Source: an uncultured Verrucomicrobiae bacterium
GTDB taxonomy: Bacteria > Verrucomicrobiota > Verrucomicrobiia > Chthoniobacterales > UBA10450
NCBI GenBank assembly: GCA_963834385.1
Contig: CAWIBO010000002.1
Coordinates: 896,001 to 960,000 of the forward strand
Direction of reading: 5' to 3'
Length of the DNA stretch: 64,000 bases
How positions within the stretch are numbered: the first letter of the stretch is position 1; each line of letters begins with the position of its first letter. The position numbers and the translations under genes are program-made. Shown here piece by piece: positions 1 through 10,003 of the stretch. Under the pieces are notes generated by a model. The model had not been told where the DNA came from. It ran no database searches and saw nothing but the letters and a program-made list of their open reading frames with translations.

Positions 1-647
1 GGCAGGCGGCGGACAACCACAAATACCTCCTGGTTTACTGGCTCTGGGTCCTCTTCTTCTGCCATCTCGTGGCCGACCCGGTCCATCAGCACCGCGCCAT
101 TGCCGTTAATGCCCGCTTTTTCCTCTGCTTCATCTTTCTCCTCGCGGTGGGACAGAAGCTCGCCTCGCCGACCTATCGTTCCGGCGAGATGTTTGAGCTC
201 TTTCTTTACCTGGACGCCCGCTTCACCGCCTTCGGCAAGCTGATCGGGATCGACCCGGAAGTGCCGGAAGCGGTCAAACGGAGCATGGCCTTCTTTCGCA
301 GTCCGTTCTCCGAGGTGATCGATCAGCGGCTGGAGATCCCGGGCACGGACCGGGCCCACCTGGCTTCCCTCATCATGACCTGGTGGGATGTGGTCATTCA
401 GTCCGCCATCGGTGTTCTTTTCCTTTTCCGCCGAAATTTACCGGATCGGCTGGCGCACAGTGCGCTGCTTCTCTTTATCGTCACCACTTATCTCCCAGCG
501 CCGGTTTATGGTTTCGGCTGGATCCTTGGCCTGATGGGTTTTGCTTTGGCTCGCGATCGCTGGCCCGGCTTCGCCGCCGGTTACCTCGCCGCCTTTGTCG
601 CCATCCTGCTCTACCAGATCCCGTGGCGCGACTGGGTCCTCGCGTAA
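1..647 (+). CDS. Membrane protein, HTTM-like (5' truncated by window edge)
   Basis: Frame is open from position 3 (QAADNHKYLLVYWLW...); DNHxYL motif plus several hydrophobic helices. Confidence 0.55.
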   Translation, partial: QAADNHKYLLVYWLWVLFFCHLVADPVHQHRAIAVNARFFLCFIFLLAVGQKLASPTYRSGEMFELFLYLDARFTAFGKLIGIDPEVPEAVKRSMAFFRSPFSEVIDQRLEIPGTDRAHLASLIMTWWDVVIQSAIGVLFLFRRNLPDRLAHSALLLFIVTTYLPAPVYGFGWILGLMGFALARDRWPGFAAGYLAAFVAILLYQIPWRDWVLA

Positions 648-680
648 TTCAACAAACCCTCTCGCGCCCGCCCCTTTCTG

Positions 681-1371
681 TTAATCCTGTCTGCTTTTCC
701 CGCCCGCCACTGCGCGCGCGACCGGTTCCAGCGCCTGCCAGACGGTCTCGGCCAGCTTTTTCTGTCCCTCCGCGTTGGGATGGAGCCGATCGGGCAGGCT
801 ATAGGCCGGGTTGCCCGCCACGCCGGCCAGCAAATAAGGCACAAACGCCGCCCCGTTCTCCTGCGCCAGCCCGGCATAAATCCGGCCAAACGTCGGTCAC
901 GTTGTTTTCCTCCGTGTAATTCGGCAACTGCATTCCCACGACCACGATCCGCACTCCCGGCGAGGCCGCGCGCGTCTGTTCGATGATCGCCTGCAGGTTT
1001 GAGCGGATCGTCTCGAGTGGGACACCCTGGAAAAGGTCGTTGATCCCGAGCTGGACGACCAGGATGTCGACCGGCTGCTTCAGGTGGCGCCCGAGCCGGC
1101 GCAGACCGCCGGCGGTGTTGTCGCCACTCGCGCTCTCGTTCACCACTTCGAAGCGAAGTCCGGCCGCGCGCAGTTTTTCCGCCAGCAACGCCGGGTAGGC
1201 CTGCCGGCGCGGCAGGGTGAACCCGTCGGAAAGACTGTCGCCCAGGACCAGGATCCGTTTCATCCGGGCAGAATCGCGTTTCGGCGCTCCCTCGGCCGCG
1301 GGCATCGCCGAGAGGCCCAGGCCCAGGCAAAGCGCCATCGCAGTTCCCAATTGCCTCGCTCTTTTCGTCAA
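681..1371 (-). CDS. Arylesterase / SGNH-GDSL hydrolase (TesA-like), one frameshift near 890
   Basis: Signal peptide, GDSLS, SGD-T-GG and LGIND blocks. The shifted frame continues FGRIYAGLAQ...PDRLHPNAEGQ (DxxHP) to TAA at 681-683. Confidence 0.85.
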
Positions 1372-1417
1372 TTACGTTCCCCCCTTCACCCGTTGCCGGA
1401 AGCGCATTTCGCCCGGC

Positions 1418-1449
1418 AATCGACAATCAAAACTCGGCAACCGCAAATC
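1418..1449. repeat. Degenerate 7-nt-period repeat upstream of gap
   Basis: AATCGAC AATCAAA ACTCGGC AACCGCA AATC. Confidence 0.4.
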
Positions 1450-1454
1450 TTCTT

Positions 1455-2456
1455 ATGGCTAATTACGGCATCAACGGCTTCGGACGAATCGGGCGCAACG
1501 TCCTGCGCGCCATGTCGCAGAGCGACGTGAAAAAAGTCCGCGCGATCAACGACCTCACCGACACCGCCACCCTCGCCCACCTGCTCAAGTGGGACTCCGT
1601 CCATGGCAAATTCAAGGGCGAGATCGGGCACGACGAAGAGAACCTGATCGTGGACGGCCACAAAATCCGAATCTTCAAGGAGCGCGATCCCGGCGCCTTG
1701 AAATGGAAGGATCTCGGCGTTGACGTTGTCCTGGAATCGACCGGCTTTTTTACCGCGCGCGACAAGGCGGAAGTCCACCTGAGCAAAGGCGGCGCGAAGA
1801 AGGTGCTCATCAGCGCCCCGGCCAAGAACCCCGACATCACGGTCTGCGTCGGGATCAATGACAACCTTTACGATGCCGCGAAGCATCACATCGTTTCGAA
1901 CGCGAGCTGCACGACCAACTGTCTCGCACCGCTGGCCAAGGTGCTGAACGACAAGTTCGGCGTCGAAGCCGGGTTCATGAGCACGATCCACTCCTACACC
2001 AACGACCAGCGCATCCTCGATCTCCCGCACGAGGACCTGCGCCGGGCCCGGGCCGCCGCGGTTAACATTGTCCCGTCGAGCACCGGCGCGGCCAAGGCCA
2101 TCGGCGAGGTCATTCCCGAGTTGAAAGGAAAACTGAATGGCGGCGCCTTCCGCGTCCCGACCCCGGACGGTTCCGTGACCGATTTCACCGCCATTCTGAA
2201 GAACAAAGCCACCGCGGACGAGGTCAACGCCGCTTTCAAAGCCGCCGCCGCGGACAAGAGTTACCAGGGCGTGCTGGAATACTCCGACGAACCGCTCGTC
2301 CTGCAGGACATCGTGGGCAACCCGCACTCGTGCATCTTCGATTCCAAGCTGACCCTCGCCCTCGGCGACAAGTTCGTGAAGGTGGTCGGCTGGTACGACA
2401 ACGAGTGGGGCTACAGCAATCGCTGCGTGCAGATGATGGGAATGCTAGCCGGGTAG
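1455..2456 (+). CDS. gap: Type I glyceraldehyde-3-phosphate dehydrogenase
   Basis: GINGFGRIGR, ASCTTNCL, WYDNEWGYS motifs. Confidence 0.98.
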   Translation: MANYGINGFGRIGRNVLRAMSQSDVKKVRAINDLTDTATLAHLLKWDSVHGKFKGEIGHDEENLIVDGHKIRIFKERDPGALKWKDLGVDVVLESTGFFTARDKAEVHLSKGGAKKVLISAPAKNPDITVCVGINDNLYDAAKHHIVSNASCTTNCLAPLAKVLNDKFGVEAGFMSTIHSYTNDQRILDLPHEDLRRARAAAVNIVPSSTGAAKAIGEVIPELKGKLNGGAFRVPTPDGSVTDFTAILKNKATADEVNAAFKAAAADKSYQGVLEYSDEPLVLQDIVGNPHSCIFDSKLTLALGDKFVKVVGWYDNEWGYSNRCVQMMGMLAG

Positions 2457-2466
2457 GAGATGGGGA

Positions 2467-2722
2467 AGATCAAGATCAGGATTAAGAGCAAGAGCATGAA
2501 AAAGACGCGCGGATCTGCGCCTCCTCCTGCTGCATGCTCCTGATCTTGCTCCTGCTCCCGGTCGAAAACGCCGCGTTCTTCAGGACGCACTGTATTCGGG
2601 ATGCGAGAATTGCGGGCAATAGTGAGAGATCAAGATCAGGATTAAGAGCAAGAGCATGAAAAAGACGCGGGGTCCACCAAGCCTCCTCATCCTCCTGCTC
2701 ATGCTCCTGATCTTGATCCTGC
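2467..2722. repeat. Two hairpin units of 6-nt-period repeats (160-bp period)
   Basis: Perfect 43-bp direct repeat AGATCAAGATCAGGATTAAGAGCAAGAGCATGAAAAAGACGCG at 2467-2509 and 2627-2669. Each is followed by an imperfect inverted arm (...CATGCTCCTGATCTTG...). Confidence 0.9.
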
Positions 2723-2732
2723 TTCCAGGCCA

Positions 2733-3127
2733 ACGCCGATTTATCTCTTCGATCACGAACGACTCGAAGTTTACCAGACATCCGTTCGATTCTGCGGGTG
2801 GGTCGGCAAGTTGATTGAAACCCTCCCGAGAATCGCCGCGCGTGATCAGCTTGATCGCGCCTCCACCAGCATCCCGCTCAATATTGCAGAAGGAAACGGC
2901 AAGTTCTCGGCAGGCCGACCGGAGTCGATTCCTCGAGATGGCGCGGGGTTCGGCACTCGAGTGTGCCGCTTGCCTTGATGTCCTGGTCGCCCGCTGCGTC
3001 ATCCAACAGGAGAATATTTTCGGGGCCAGAAAGCGAGCTGGCCGCGATTGTACGAATGATCATGGGCCTCCTGAAGCGCTTTTCACCGCACGCCGAACGC
3101 CTGCGCGAGGACGAACCCGCCCCATGA
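2733..3127 (+). pseudogene. Four-helix-bundle protein (IVS-protein / Avd-like family); ACG in place of a start codon and two frameshifts (real decay or read errors)
   Basis: Manual translation: PIYLFDHERLEVYQ...ARDQLDRASTSIPLNIAEGNGKFS /+1/ ADRSRFLEMARGSALECAACLDVL /shift/ ELAAIVRMIMGLLKRF...TGA at 3125-3127. QLxRAxxSIxxNIAEG and ARGSxxE are family signatures. Confidence 0.85.
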
Positions 3128-3129
3128 AA

Positions 3130-3212
3130 GACAGGATTCACAGGATGATCAGGATTAAAAAACAGACTCCTCTCACCTCCTCCGCAATCCTGTCCATCCT
3201 GTTAATCCTGTC
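3130..3212. repeat. 27-bp inverted repeat of 9-nt-period units
   Basis: GACAGGATTCACAGGATGATCAGGATT (3130-3156) vs AATCCTGTCCATCCTGTTAATCCTGTC (3186-3212); 3 mismatches. Confidence 0.9.
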
Positions 3213-3223
3213 CTGAAACAACC

Positions 3224-4432
3224 ATGAACAAACTCACCCTGCGCGAGCTGGATGTGCGCGGAAAACGCGTCCTCGTCCGCGTCGATTTCAATGTCCCGGT
3301 CGAAGAGCACGGCGACCATGTCCATCTGACCGACGACACCCGCATCCGCGAATCGCTCCCCACCATCCGGCATCTACGCGAGCAGGGCGCGAGGACGATC
3401 CTGATGGCGCATTTCGGCCGGCCCAAGGGCCAGCCGGTGGAGAAATATTCGCTTCGGCCGGTCGGCCTGCATTTGCATGACCTGATCGATCATCCCGTTG
3501 CTTTCAGCCACGATTGCATCGGCGCCGACGCGGAGAAGATCGTGGCCGAGATGAAGGAGGGCGATGTCACCCTGCTCGAGAACGTCCGCTTTTACGCCGG
3601 GGAAGAGGCCAACGATCCGATGTTCGCCGAGTCGCTCGCGAAGCTGGGCGATCTTTACGTGAACGACGCCTTCGGCGCGGCCCACCGCGCACACGCTTCC
3701 ACCGCCGGGATCACGAAATTTGTCGGAAAAAGCGCCATGGGTTTTCTCATGGAGAAGGAATTGAAATATCTCAAGGGCGAGCTGGACCGGCCGGCCAAGC
3801 CGTTCCTCGTCATCATGGGCGGCTCGAAAGTCTCGGACAAAATCGGGGTGATCAAGGCCCTCCTGGAAAAGGCCGACACCATCCTGATCGGCGGCGCCAT
3901 GGCGAACACCTTTTTCAAGGCGCAGGGCATCCCGGTCGGCGCCAGCCGCGTGGAAGCGGATAAGACGGGCCTGGCGAACGAGCTGCTCGATCTCGCGAAG
4001 AAGAAGGGCGTTCGCTTTCTGTTGCCGGTGGACGTGATCCAGACACGCGAGATCAAGGCGGGCGCGAAGACGGAGAACACGAGCCGCCTCTCGGCCGAGA
4101 GCGGGATCGGGGAGGGCTGGCAGGCGGTCGATATCGGACGCGAGAGCGTGGCGCTGTTCGAGAAAGAGATCGCGCACGCCAAAACGATCCTGTGGAACGG
4201 GCCGGTCGGCATTTTTGAGATCCCGGAGTTTGCGCAGGGGACCAACGCGATCGCGCAGGCGCTTGCGCAAACGGACGCCACCACCATCATCGGCGGCGGC
4301 GATTCCGTGACCGCGGTGCACCAGGCCGGTCTGGCGGAGAAAATGACTTTCATTTCGACTGGGGGCGGCGCCTCGTTGGAATTGATCGAAGGCAAAGAGT
4401 TGCCGGGCGTGGCGGCGTTGACCGACAAATAA
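3224..4432 (+). CDS. pgk: Phosphoglycerate kinase
   Basis: RVDFNVP, NDAFGAAHRAHAS, IIGGGDS, STGGGASLE. Confidence 0.98.
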   Translation: MNKLTLRELDVRGKRVLVRVDFNVPVEEHGDHVHLTDDTRIRESLPTIRHLREQGARTILMAHFGRPKGQPVEKYSLRPVGLHLHDLIDHPVAFSHDCIGADAEKIVAEMKEGDVTLLENVRFYAGEEANDPMFAESLAKLGDLYVNDAFGAAHRAHASTAGITKFVGKSAMGFLMEKELKYLKGELDRPAKPFLVIMGGSKVSDKIGVIKALLEKADTILIGGAMANTFFKAQGIPVGASRVEADKTGLANELLDLAKKKGVRFLLPVDVIQTREIKAGAKTENTSRLSAESGIGEGWQAVDIGRESVALFEKEIAHAKTILWNGPVGIFEIPEFAQGTNAIAQALAQTDATTIIGGGDSVTAVHQAGLAEKMTFISTGGGASLELIEGKELPGVAALTDK

Positions 4433-4454
4433 TCAACAGAATTTACAGGGAGCC

Positions 4455-5222
4455 ATGAGAAAGAAGATCGTTGCGGCCAATTGGAAGATGAACATGACCA
4501 CGGCGGAGGCGGCCTCCTTCGTCCGGGTGTTCCTGCTCGAGCTCGGGGAGGCCTCGGATGTGGAAGTGGTGCTGGTGCCGCCCTTCACCGCCATTGGCAA
4601 GGTGAACGACGCTCTCGGCGACGCGCAAAACATCAAGGTCGGTGCGCAAAACATGCACTGGGAACGGAGCGGCGCCTTCACCGGCGAGATCAGCGCGGCC
4701 ATGTTGCGTGATCTTTTTGTGCGTTACGTCGTCCTCGGCCACAGCGAACGCCGGCAGCTCTTCGGCGAGACCGATGAAATCGTGAACCGCAAAGTGCGCG
4801 CGGCGCACGAAGCCACCCTCAAGCCGATCCTGTGCGTGGGCGAAACCCTGGAACAACGGGAACGCGGCAACGTGGAAAAAATTCTCGGCCTGCAGTTGCG
4901 CGGCAGCCTGGCCGAGGTCGGTCCGAAAGAAATCAGCGAGACGGTCATTGCCTACGAACCGGTCTGGGCCATCGGCACCGGCAAAACCGCCACCACCGCG
5001 CAGGCGCAGGAGGCGCACTCCTTCATTCGCCACACCCTGGGCGAAATCGCGGGCGAGGAAATCGCCGCCAAAGTCCGGATTCAGTACGGCGGCAGCGTCA
5101 AACCGGACAACGCCCGCGCCCTCATGGAGGAACCGGACATCGACGGCGCGCTCGTGGGCGGCGCCAGCCTTGATCCGCGCAGCTTCGCCGAGATCGTGAA
5201 AGCCGGCGGACGCTCAGCCTAG
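4455..5222 (+). CDS. tpiA: Triosephosphate isomerase
   Basis: ANWKMN, GHSERR, AYEPVWAIGTG, YGGSV, LVGGASL. Confidence 0.98.
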   Translation: MRKKIVAANWKMNMTTAEAASFVRVFLLELGEASDVEVVLVPPFTAIGKVNDALGDAQNIKVGAQNMHWERSGAFTGEISAAMLRDLFVRYVVLGHSERRQLFGETDEIVNRKVRAAHEATLKPILCVGETLEQRERGNVEKILGLQLRGSLAEVGPKEISETVIAYEPVWAIGTGKTATTAQAQEAHSFIRHTLGEIAGEEIAAKVRIQYGGSVKPDNARALMEEPDIDGALVGGASLDPRSFAEIVKAGGRSA

Positions 5223-6955
5223 TCGTTGTCGGCCGCGTAGGCTTCCACCAGCGCCACGCCGGTCGGCGCATTGCCGGCGCCGCTCAGGATAAAGGTATAC
5301 TGGCCTGGCGGTCGCACGTTGATAAAGGCCGCCTCCTTGGCGTTGCCCGGGGCGAACCCGGAGGTCGTCAGCTCCGCCGCATCCGGGCTGTTGCCCCAGT
5401 CGTCGTTCGACTCGAGCACGTTCCCCTGCCCGTCACGCAATTGCAGAAAAGGATCGCTCAAGGTCCCGCTGACACCGGCTGCGGCCAGCGTCGGGCCGAG
5501 CCCGCGCAGGATGATCTTCTGCGAACTGCTCCCCGAGACAATCAGTCCCCCAATCATCACCTTGTCGCCTTCGCCCACGAGGCCACGGGTCGAGATGTTC
5601 AGCAACCGCGGGCCCGGCGAAGCATCGAGGTCATAGATCTCGATCAGGCCAAGCCCGGTGCCGTTGCTCGCACCGCGCATAAGGGCGGTGTAATTGGTGC
5701 CGGCGTTGCTCGAGGGCAGCGTGGCCACGATGGCCGACTCGGCGGCGTTGCCCGGCGCCAGCCCGGAATCGATGATGGCCTGTTCATCCTTGCTGAAACC
5801 CCAGTCGTCGTTGGAATCAATAAGGCCGCCCGATCCATTGCGCAGTTCGAGTGTCGGGTTCACCAGGGTGCCGCTCAGCCCGGCCGCGGCCAGGGCCGGC
5901 CCGAGGCCGCGAATCAGCAGGCGGCGCGGAGTGGTGCTGCCTCCGAGGATGAAACCGCCGATGAGCACATTGTCCCCGGTGCCGACCTCGGCCCGGGTTG
6001 AGATATTCGCGAAACGAGGCGGGCCCACCTGCACGTTGGCGTTGAAGACCTGCATGGTCTGCGCGCCATTCAGGTCGGTCGCGGTCACCGTCACCGGCGC
6101 GCTCCCCGCGGCCAACCCCTGCAGGATCAGCTTGGTCCCGCTGATCCGCGCGTCCACCACCGCGCTGTTGTTATCGGAGGCGGTAAAGGACAGCGGACGC
6201 CGAATCTGCGGCAGCGTCACCATGTCGACGAACTTCAGGTTCCCGTTCGGCGGATTGTAAAGCGGAAGCTCGGTGAAGGCCCCGCCGAAATTGTAGCGCG
6301 GCAAGCCCGCAATCGCGTCCGCCACCGTCATCCCGTTGTTCACCACCTGCCCGAAGGCGGTGAATCCCCCATTCTGAAAATCGAGCCCGTTCGGCGGCGT
6401 GCCCCCGTTGTTCGCCAGGTTGATGAACCACTGGCTGGTCGCGCTGTTCGGGTCGGTCGCCAGCTTCGCCATCGCGATTGTCCCGCGCGTGTTCGACACT
6501 CCCGGCTCATTCGGAATCGGCGGCATCCCGTCCACCGCCGTCGGCGTGACCCGGTTCGGCTGCGCGGAGCTTTGCCGGGTGGCAATGAATCCGCCCCCCT
6601 GGATGATGAAATTCGGGACCGAGCGATGGACAAAGCTCGGTGCCAGCGCGCTGATCACCGGGTCCTGCCGGAAATAACGACGTTCATCCACATACTTCAG
6701 GAAATTCTCCACCGTGCGCGGCGTGGCTGATTCAAACAGGTCAAGATCGATGTCCCCCGAGGTGGTCGTCATCCGGACATCAAAGTTCGCGTCCGGATCG
6801 GTGAAGAAATTCATCAGGTCGAGCACCACCTGCCCGGTGGTATAAACCGTGCGATCGCCGATCACGGCGGAACTGACCGGCCCGACGTTCTGCGCCGGCA
6901 GAGTGTTCACGGTGGATATCGCGGCGAGGGCCGCCAAAAGAAGACGAAATTTCAT
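5219..6955 (-). CDS. Secreted cyclophilin-type peptidyl-prolyl isomerase with duplicated C-terminal 'NISTR' domain
   Basis: Signal peptide; TPRTVENFLKY, HRSVPNFIIQGGG, GTIAMAK...SATSQWFIN; two NISTR...IGG...RGLGP...SNDDWG repeats. Confidence 0.88.
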   Translation of the reverse strand: MKFRLLLAALAAISTVNTLPAQNVGPVSSAVIGDRTVYTTGQVVLDLMNFFTDPDANFDVRMTTTSGDIDLDLFESATPRTVENFLKYVDERRYFRQDPVISALAPSFVHRSVPNFIIQGGGFIATRQSSAQPNRVTPTAVDGMPPIPNEPGVSNTRGTIAMAKLATDPNSATSQWFINLANNGGTPPNGLDFQNGGFTAFGQVVNNGMTVADAIAGLPRYNFGGAFTELPLYNPPNGNLKFVDMVTLPQIRRPLSFTASDNNSAVVDARISGTKLILQGLAAGSAPVTVTATDLNGAQTMQVFNANVQVGPPRFANISTRAEVGTGDNVLIGGFILGGSTTPRRLLIRGLGPALAAAGLSGTLVNPTLELRNGSGGLIDSNDDWGFSKDEQAIIDSGLAPGNAAESAIVATLPSSNAGTNYTALMRGASNGTGLGLIEIYDLDASPGPRLLNISTRGLVGEGDKVMIGGLIVSGSSSQKIILRGLGPTLAAAGVSGTLSDPFLQLRDGQGNVLESNDDWGNSPDAAELTTSGFAPGNAKEAAFINVRPPGQYTFILSGAGNAPTGVALVEAYAADND

Positions 6956-7027
6956 AAAGTTCTTACGTTATACACGGTAATCGGGCTGGCCGCATCTCGC
7001 GGCCCTGCGATTTCCTCGCCCCGCCCG

Positions 7028-7699
7028 CTATTTCTTGATCTCGAGATAGGCCCGGGCTGCCACTTTCCCCGTGCCCGGCTCGAATTTTTCGACGCGCATC
7101 TGCTTCAAAAACCAGCGCCCGTCAATTTTTTGCGCGGAAATAACTTCGAAACGTTTCAGGAGCCGCCCCGCCTCGTCATGGCCCTCCATCCGCATCAGCT
7201 CGCCCCCGGCCTGTCCCACCCAGAGCCATACACGCGCGTACTGCGAGTGGGCGTCGGGCGGGCGCAGCTCCAGCTTCCAACAGCGCCGGGTGCGGACGGT
7301 TTCCTCCCCCACCACCCGTGCCTCGCGCCAGTAAAGGAATTTCAAGGCCAGGTCCTCGTAGCTCAACGAGGTGCCGCGGACCGCGCGATCGAACCCCGCC
7401 CCCGAGATGCGGTCGGCTCCCTCGTAGGAAAGCTCCTCCAGTCGCGACTCCGTTTCCCCCAGGCGCAAAAGCAGCGCGCCCGGCGGATTGACGAAGCTGT
7501 ATTTCACCACCGGTCCCTCCTGCGTCAGCCGGAACGGCACCACCAGGCTCTCCTCACGCAACTGCCCCTGCAGATCGAATTGCTGCAGCGATTGCTGGAA
7601 GCGAACGCCCTCCAGGATCTCGCGGGCCGACGGTTGTTCCTCCGCCCCGGCGGAAACAAGGCCGGCGCAAAGGCCAAAAAGGAAGATGAGTCTTTTCAC
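7028..7699 (-). CDS. Outer-membrane lipoprotein-sorting (LolA-like) protein
   Basis: GTG start and signal peptide MKRLIFLFGLCAGLVSAGA; GTSLSYEDL motif, CWKLELRP, KIDGRW. Confidence 0.7.
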   Translation of the reverse strand: MKRLIFLFGLCAGLVSAGAEEQPSAREILEGVRFQQSLQQFDLQGQLREESLVVPFRLTQEGPVVKYSFVNPPGALLLRLGETESRLEELSYEGADRISGAGFDRAVRGTSLSYEDLALKFLYWREARVVGEETVRTRRCWKLELRPPDAHSQYARVWLWVGQAGGELMRMEGHDEAGRLLKRFEVISAQKIDGRWFLKQMRVEKFEPGTGKVAARAYLEIKK

Positions 7700-7766
7700 A
7701 GGAAGGAAAGTTTTCGGTTTTAAGCTTCCGCCGGAACGCCCACATTTCGCGAAGCGACGAATCTCT

Positions 7767-8415
7767 ATGGAGCAGGAGCTCTTTATTTCAATTAACCAGC
7801 GTTGGACCCATCCGGCGCTTGATTTGTTCATGGCCGTCCTGAGCGACTCGGCCATCTGGCTGCCGTTCCTTCTCCTGGCCGGCCTGGGGATGCTCCTGCT
7901 CGGCGGGTTTCGCGCCCGCGCCTTTCTCCTCTGCGCCGTGGCCGCACTCGGCTTTTCGGAACTGACGGTCAATTTCCTCAAGGAAGCGGTGGGCCGCCCG
8001 CGGCCGAAACAATCCCAGGTGGTGCGCATGGTGCAGTTGCAAAAAGTGCGTCCGAAAATTCTGACGCTCTTCCACGCGCCCGAAATTCGCGCCTCCGGCC
8101 CGCGCGACCGGCGGGGGCGCCCGGTCTCGTTTCCCTCCGGCCACACCACGAACAACGCGGCCATCGCCACCCTGCTCGTCCTCTTTTATCCGCGACGCGG
8201 CTGGATCGGTTTCATCGTGGCGGCGCTGGTGGCCTGGTCGCGCGTTTATCTCGGGGCCCATTGGCCGGGTGATGTCGCGGCCAGCCTCTTTCTCGGGCCC
8301 CTGGTCGCCTTCACGGTGGCCCTGCTTTTCGCCCTGCTTTGGCGCCGCCTCGGTCCCTCTCTTCTCCCGGCCGTGGCCGACTCGTCACCCCCGCCTTTGC
8401 CCGCCCCTGCCATGA
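7767..8415 (+). CDS. PAP2-family phosphatase
   Basis: K...GRPRP, SFPSGH and SRVYLGAHWPGDV motifs. Probably ends at an ATGA overlap (8412-8415) once one indel is corrected. Confidence 0.85.
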
Positions 8416-10003
8416 CCATCACCCGCGCCGTCTGGCTTTTTCTCGCGGCCCTGACCGCGCTTCGTCTTCTTCTCATTGGCACAACCAACCTGAGCGGCGA
8501 CGAAGCGCATTACTGGATGTGGTCGGAGCGGCTCGGGCCGGCCTACTTCAGCAAAGGCCCGGGCGTCGCCTTCGCCATCGCCGCCAGCACCGCCCTCTTT
8601 GGTGACACCGAGTTTGGCGTCCGCTTCTGGAGCCCGATCCTCGGCGCCGGCACCAGCCTGCTCCTCTTTTATTTCGCGCGCCGCCTCCTGAACGAGAAAG
8701 CCGCCCTCTGGCTCGTGCTCGGATTGAACGTCACCCCGGCCTTCAACCTTGGCAGCATCGTCATGACAATCGATCCGCTTTCCCTTTTCTTCTGGGTCGC
8801 GGCCATGTTCGCCTTCTGGCGGGCCACCGAGAAGTCGCCCGCCTGGAGCTGGTGGTGGCCGTTCACCGGCTTGCTCGTCGGCGCCGGGTTCCTCTGCAAA
8901 TACACCAACGCGCTCGAGCTGGTTTCCATCGTTCTCGTTCTGGCGGCGGCGCCCCGCCTGCGCCGGGAACTCCGGCGGCCCGGCTTTTTTTCCCTCCTGG
9001 CCTGTTTTGCGGTGGCGCTGATCCCGCCGCTGCTGTGGAACCGGGAACACGCCTGGATCACCCTCGCGCATCTGCAATCGACCGGGGGGCTCGATGAAGG
9101 CCCGCGTTTCCAGCCGGCCGAGGCGCTCGTTTTTCTGGGCCAGCATTTCCTGGTTTATTCGCCGCTCCTTTTCGCCGGGATCGCCTGGGCCGTTTTCCGG
9201 CGCTGGTCGCGCGTCGGCCAGCAGCTCAAGGTGCTCTTTCTCATCTGGTTCGGCGCGCCGGTCTTTGTCTTCTACTTCCTTCTCAGCTTCGGGCAGGCCG
9301 CCGCCATGAACTGGACCGCGCTCGCTTTTCCCAGCCTCGCCGTCCTGGCCGTCTCCTACTGGCAGGAGAAAATCGAGCAAAGCGCGTTCCTCCGCGGGAC
9401 CGCGATCGCCGCCGTGCTGCTGGCCCTCGCCATGAGCGTTGCTCTCCTGAATCTCGACGGGCTCGGCCGCGCCGGCGTGCGCGCCGCGCAAAAGAACAGC
9501 GCCCGCGTGCAGGGCTGGCGCATCTCCGCCCGGGCCGTGGAGCAGGTCCGGCGGGAGTGGGAGGAACGGCTGGGCGAAAAGCTGTTTCTCATCGCCGATG
9601 AACGCGATCGCGCCTCGGAGTTCGCCTTCTATTTCGAGGAGAAGCGCGCGGAAGGCCCGGGCTACCCGCCGGTGTTCATCCCCGAGACGCAGGATCTCCG
9701 GAACCAGTTTTCCTTCTGGCCGCGCTACGATCAGTTTGTCGACGCGCCGGCACCCGCCGCCGGCCCCGCGGCCACTCCGCCGCCCGGGAGCGACCCATAC
9801 ACCGAGCAGGATGGAATCAATCCGTTCACGGGACGCAGCGCCCTTTTTATTCGGGCGGGAAAAAGGAGAATGTGCCGCGCAACATCCGGGCCGCCTTCAA
9901 CTCGGTCGAGCGCGTCGCCACCATCACCGTCCGGCGGCGAGGCGGCCTCCTGCGCGAATTCCAGGTTTTTCTCTGCCGGAACTACCAAACCCTGCCGTTA
10001 TGA
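8412..10003 (+). CDS. ArnT/PMT-like (GT39/GT83) membrane glycosyltransferase, frameshift near 9865
   Basis: DEAHYWMWS...YFSKGP, LCKYT, many TM helices. The shifted frame ends ...CRNYQTLPL* at 10001-10003. Confidence 0.85.

Noticed and set aside
2733..3127. Diversity-generating retroelement (Avd-like gene)
   Set aside because: No reverse transcriptase and no TR/VR pair with adenine-specific mismatches was seen in the window.
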